Under the pieces are notes generated by a model. That model had not been told where the DNA came from and ran no database searches. It saw only the letters and a list, made by a program, of their open reading frames with translations. The translations under genes were made by a program, and so were the position numbers. Positions 63,623 through 64,000 of a stretch of DNA of 64,000 nucleotides are shown here, piece after piece. This stretch comes from Azolla caroliniana (Eukaryota > Plantae > Polypodiophyta), in the NCBI GenBank assembly GCA_043228905.1, contig JBHGNT010000001.1, positions 4,278,001-4,342,000 on the forward strand, read 5' to 3'. Positions within the stretch are counted from its first letter, which is position 1. Each line of letters opens with the position of its first letter.

Positions 63623-64000
63623 ATGCATTTACAAGTTATGTGGATTGATGCAATCTCTATCAATAGATGGTAACAAGTATTTTATTTCATTTATAGATGA
63701 CTTCACAAGATTCACTATATTATACTTTCTCGAGAAGAAATTAGGGGCATAAAATTCATTTACAAGTTACAAAGCATATGTAGAAAATCATTCTCACCTT
63801 AAGATCTTAACTATTCGTACCGACAATGGGGGGGAGTTTTTCAGCGATAAATGGAAAAAGGTTTTGTGAAGAAAAAATGGAATAAGGCATTAGTATACTG
63901 TACCATACAACCCACAACATAATGGTATAGCTGAACGCAAGAATCGAACCCTCGTAGATACATGTCGAAGTATGATTCAAGTTGCTGGATTGCCTCTTCG
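63623..64000 (+). mobile_element. Ty1/copia integrase core in the opposite orientation (inverted arm), runs off the window
   Basis: YFISFIDDFTRF..IRTDNGGEF..VPYNPQHNGIAERKNRTLVDTCRSMI on the plus strand; inverted homologue of 63251-63606. Confidence 0.9.

Noticed and set aside
1-64000. tRNA, rRNA or other structural RNA genes
   Set aside because: None recognised by eye; tRNAscan-SE/Infernal would be needed to exclude them

Overview
Eukaryotic land-plant nuclear DNA: AT-rich, with GT-AG introns. A PLS-type PPR remnant and a Tcn1-like chromovirus suggest a non-seed plant such as a fern (inference). I assembled five intact multi-exon genes by hand, each with a CDS length divisible by 3. They are CYP97B (minus, 14 exons), a WDR20/CreC-like WD40 gene (plus, 11 exons, divergent from CYP97B), two convergent GDSL esterase paralogues, and between those a Ppx/GppA-family phosphatase. 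The rest is layered TE debris: several 5'-truncated LINEs with TSDs, a Tcn1-like chromovirus nested in a LINE nested in a relic second Ppx copy, a gag-less short-LTR Ty3/gypsy element, a decayed Ty1/copia carrying a solo LTR and a fold-back inversion, a Mutator-like MITE, a PPR pseudogene and many local tandem duplications. The best lead is the Ppx/GppA locus: a possible in-frame upstream exon adding a Pro/His/Ser-rich N-terminus, altered conserved motifs, and a perfect intronic hairpin. Next are the copia integrase palindrome, the apparent self-priming PBS and the GDSL copy lacking its oxyanion-hole Asn. I cannot demonstrate a genuinely new biological system from the sequence alone.
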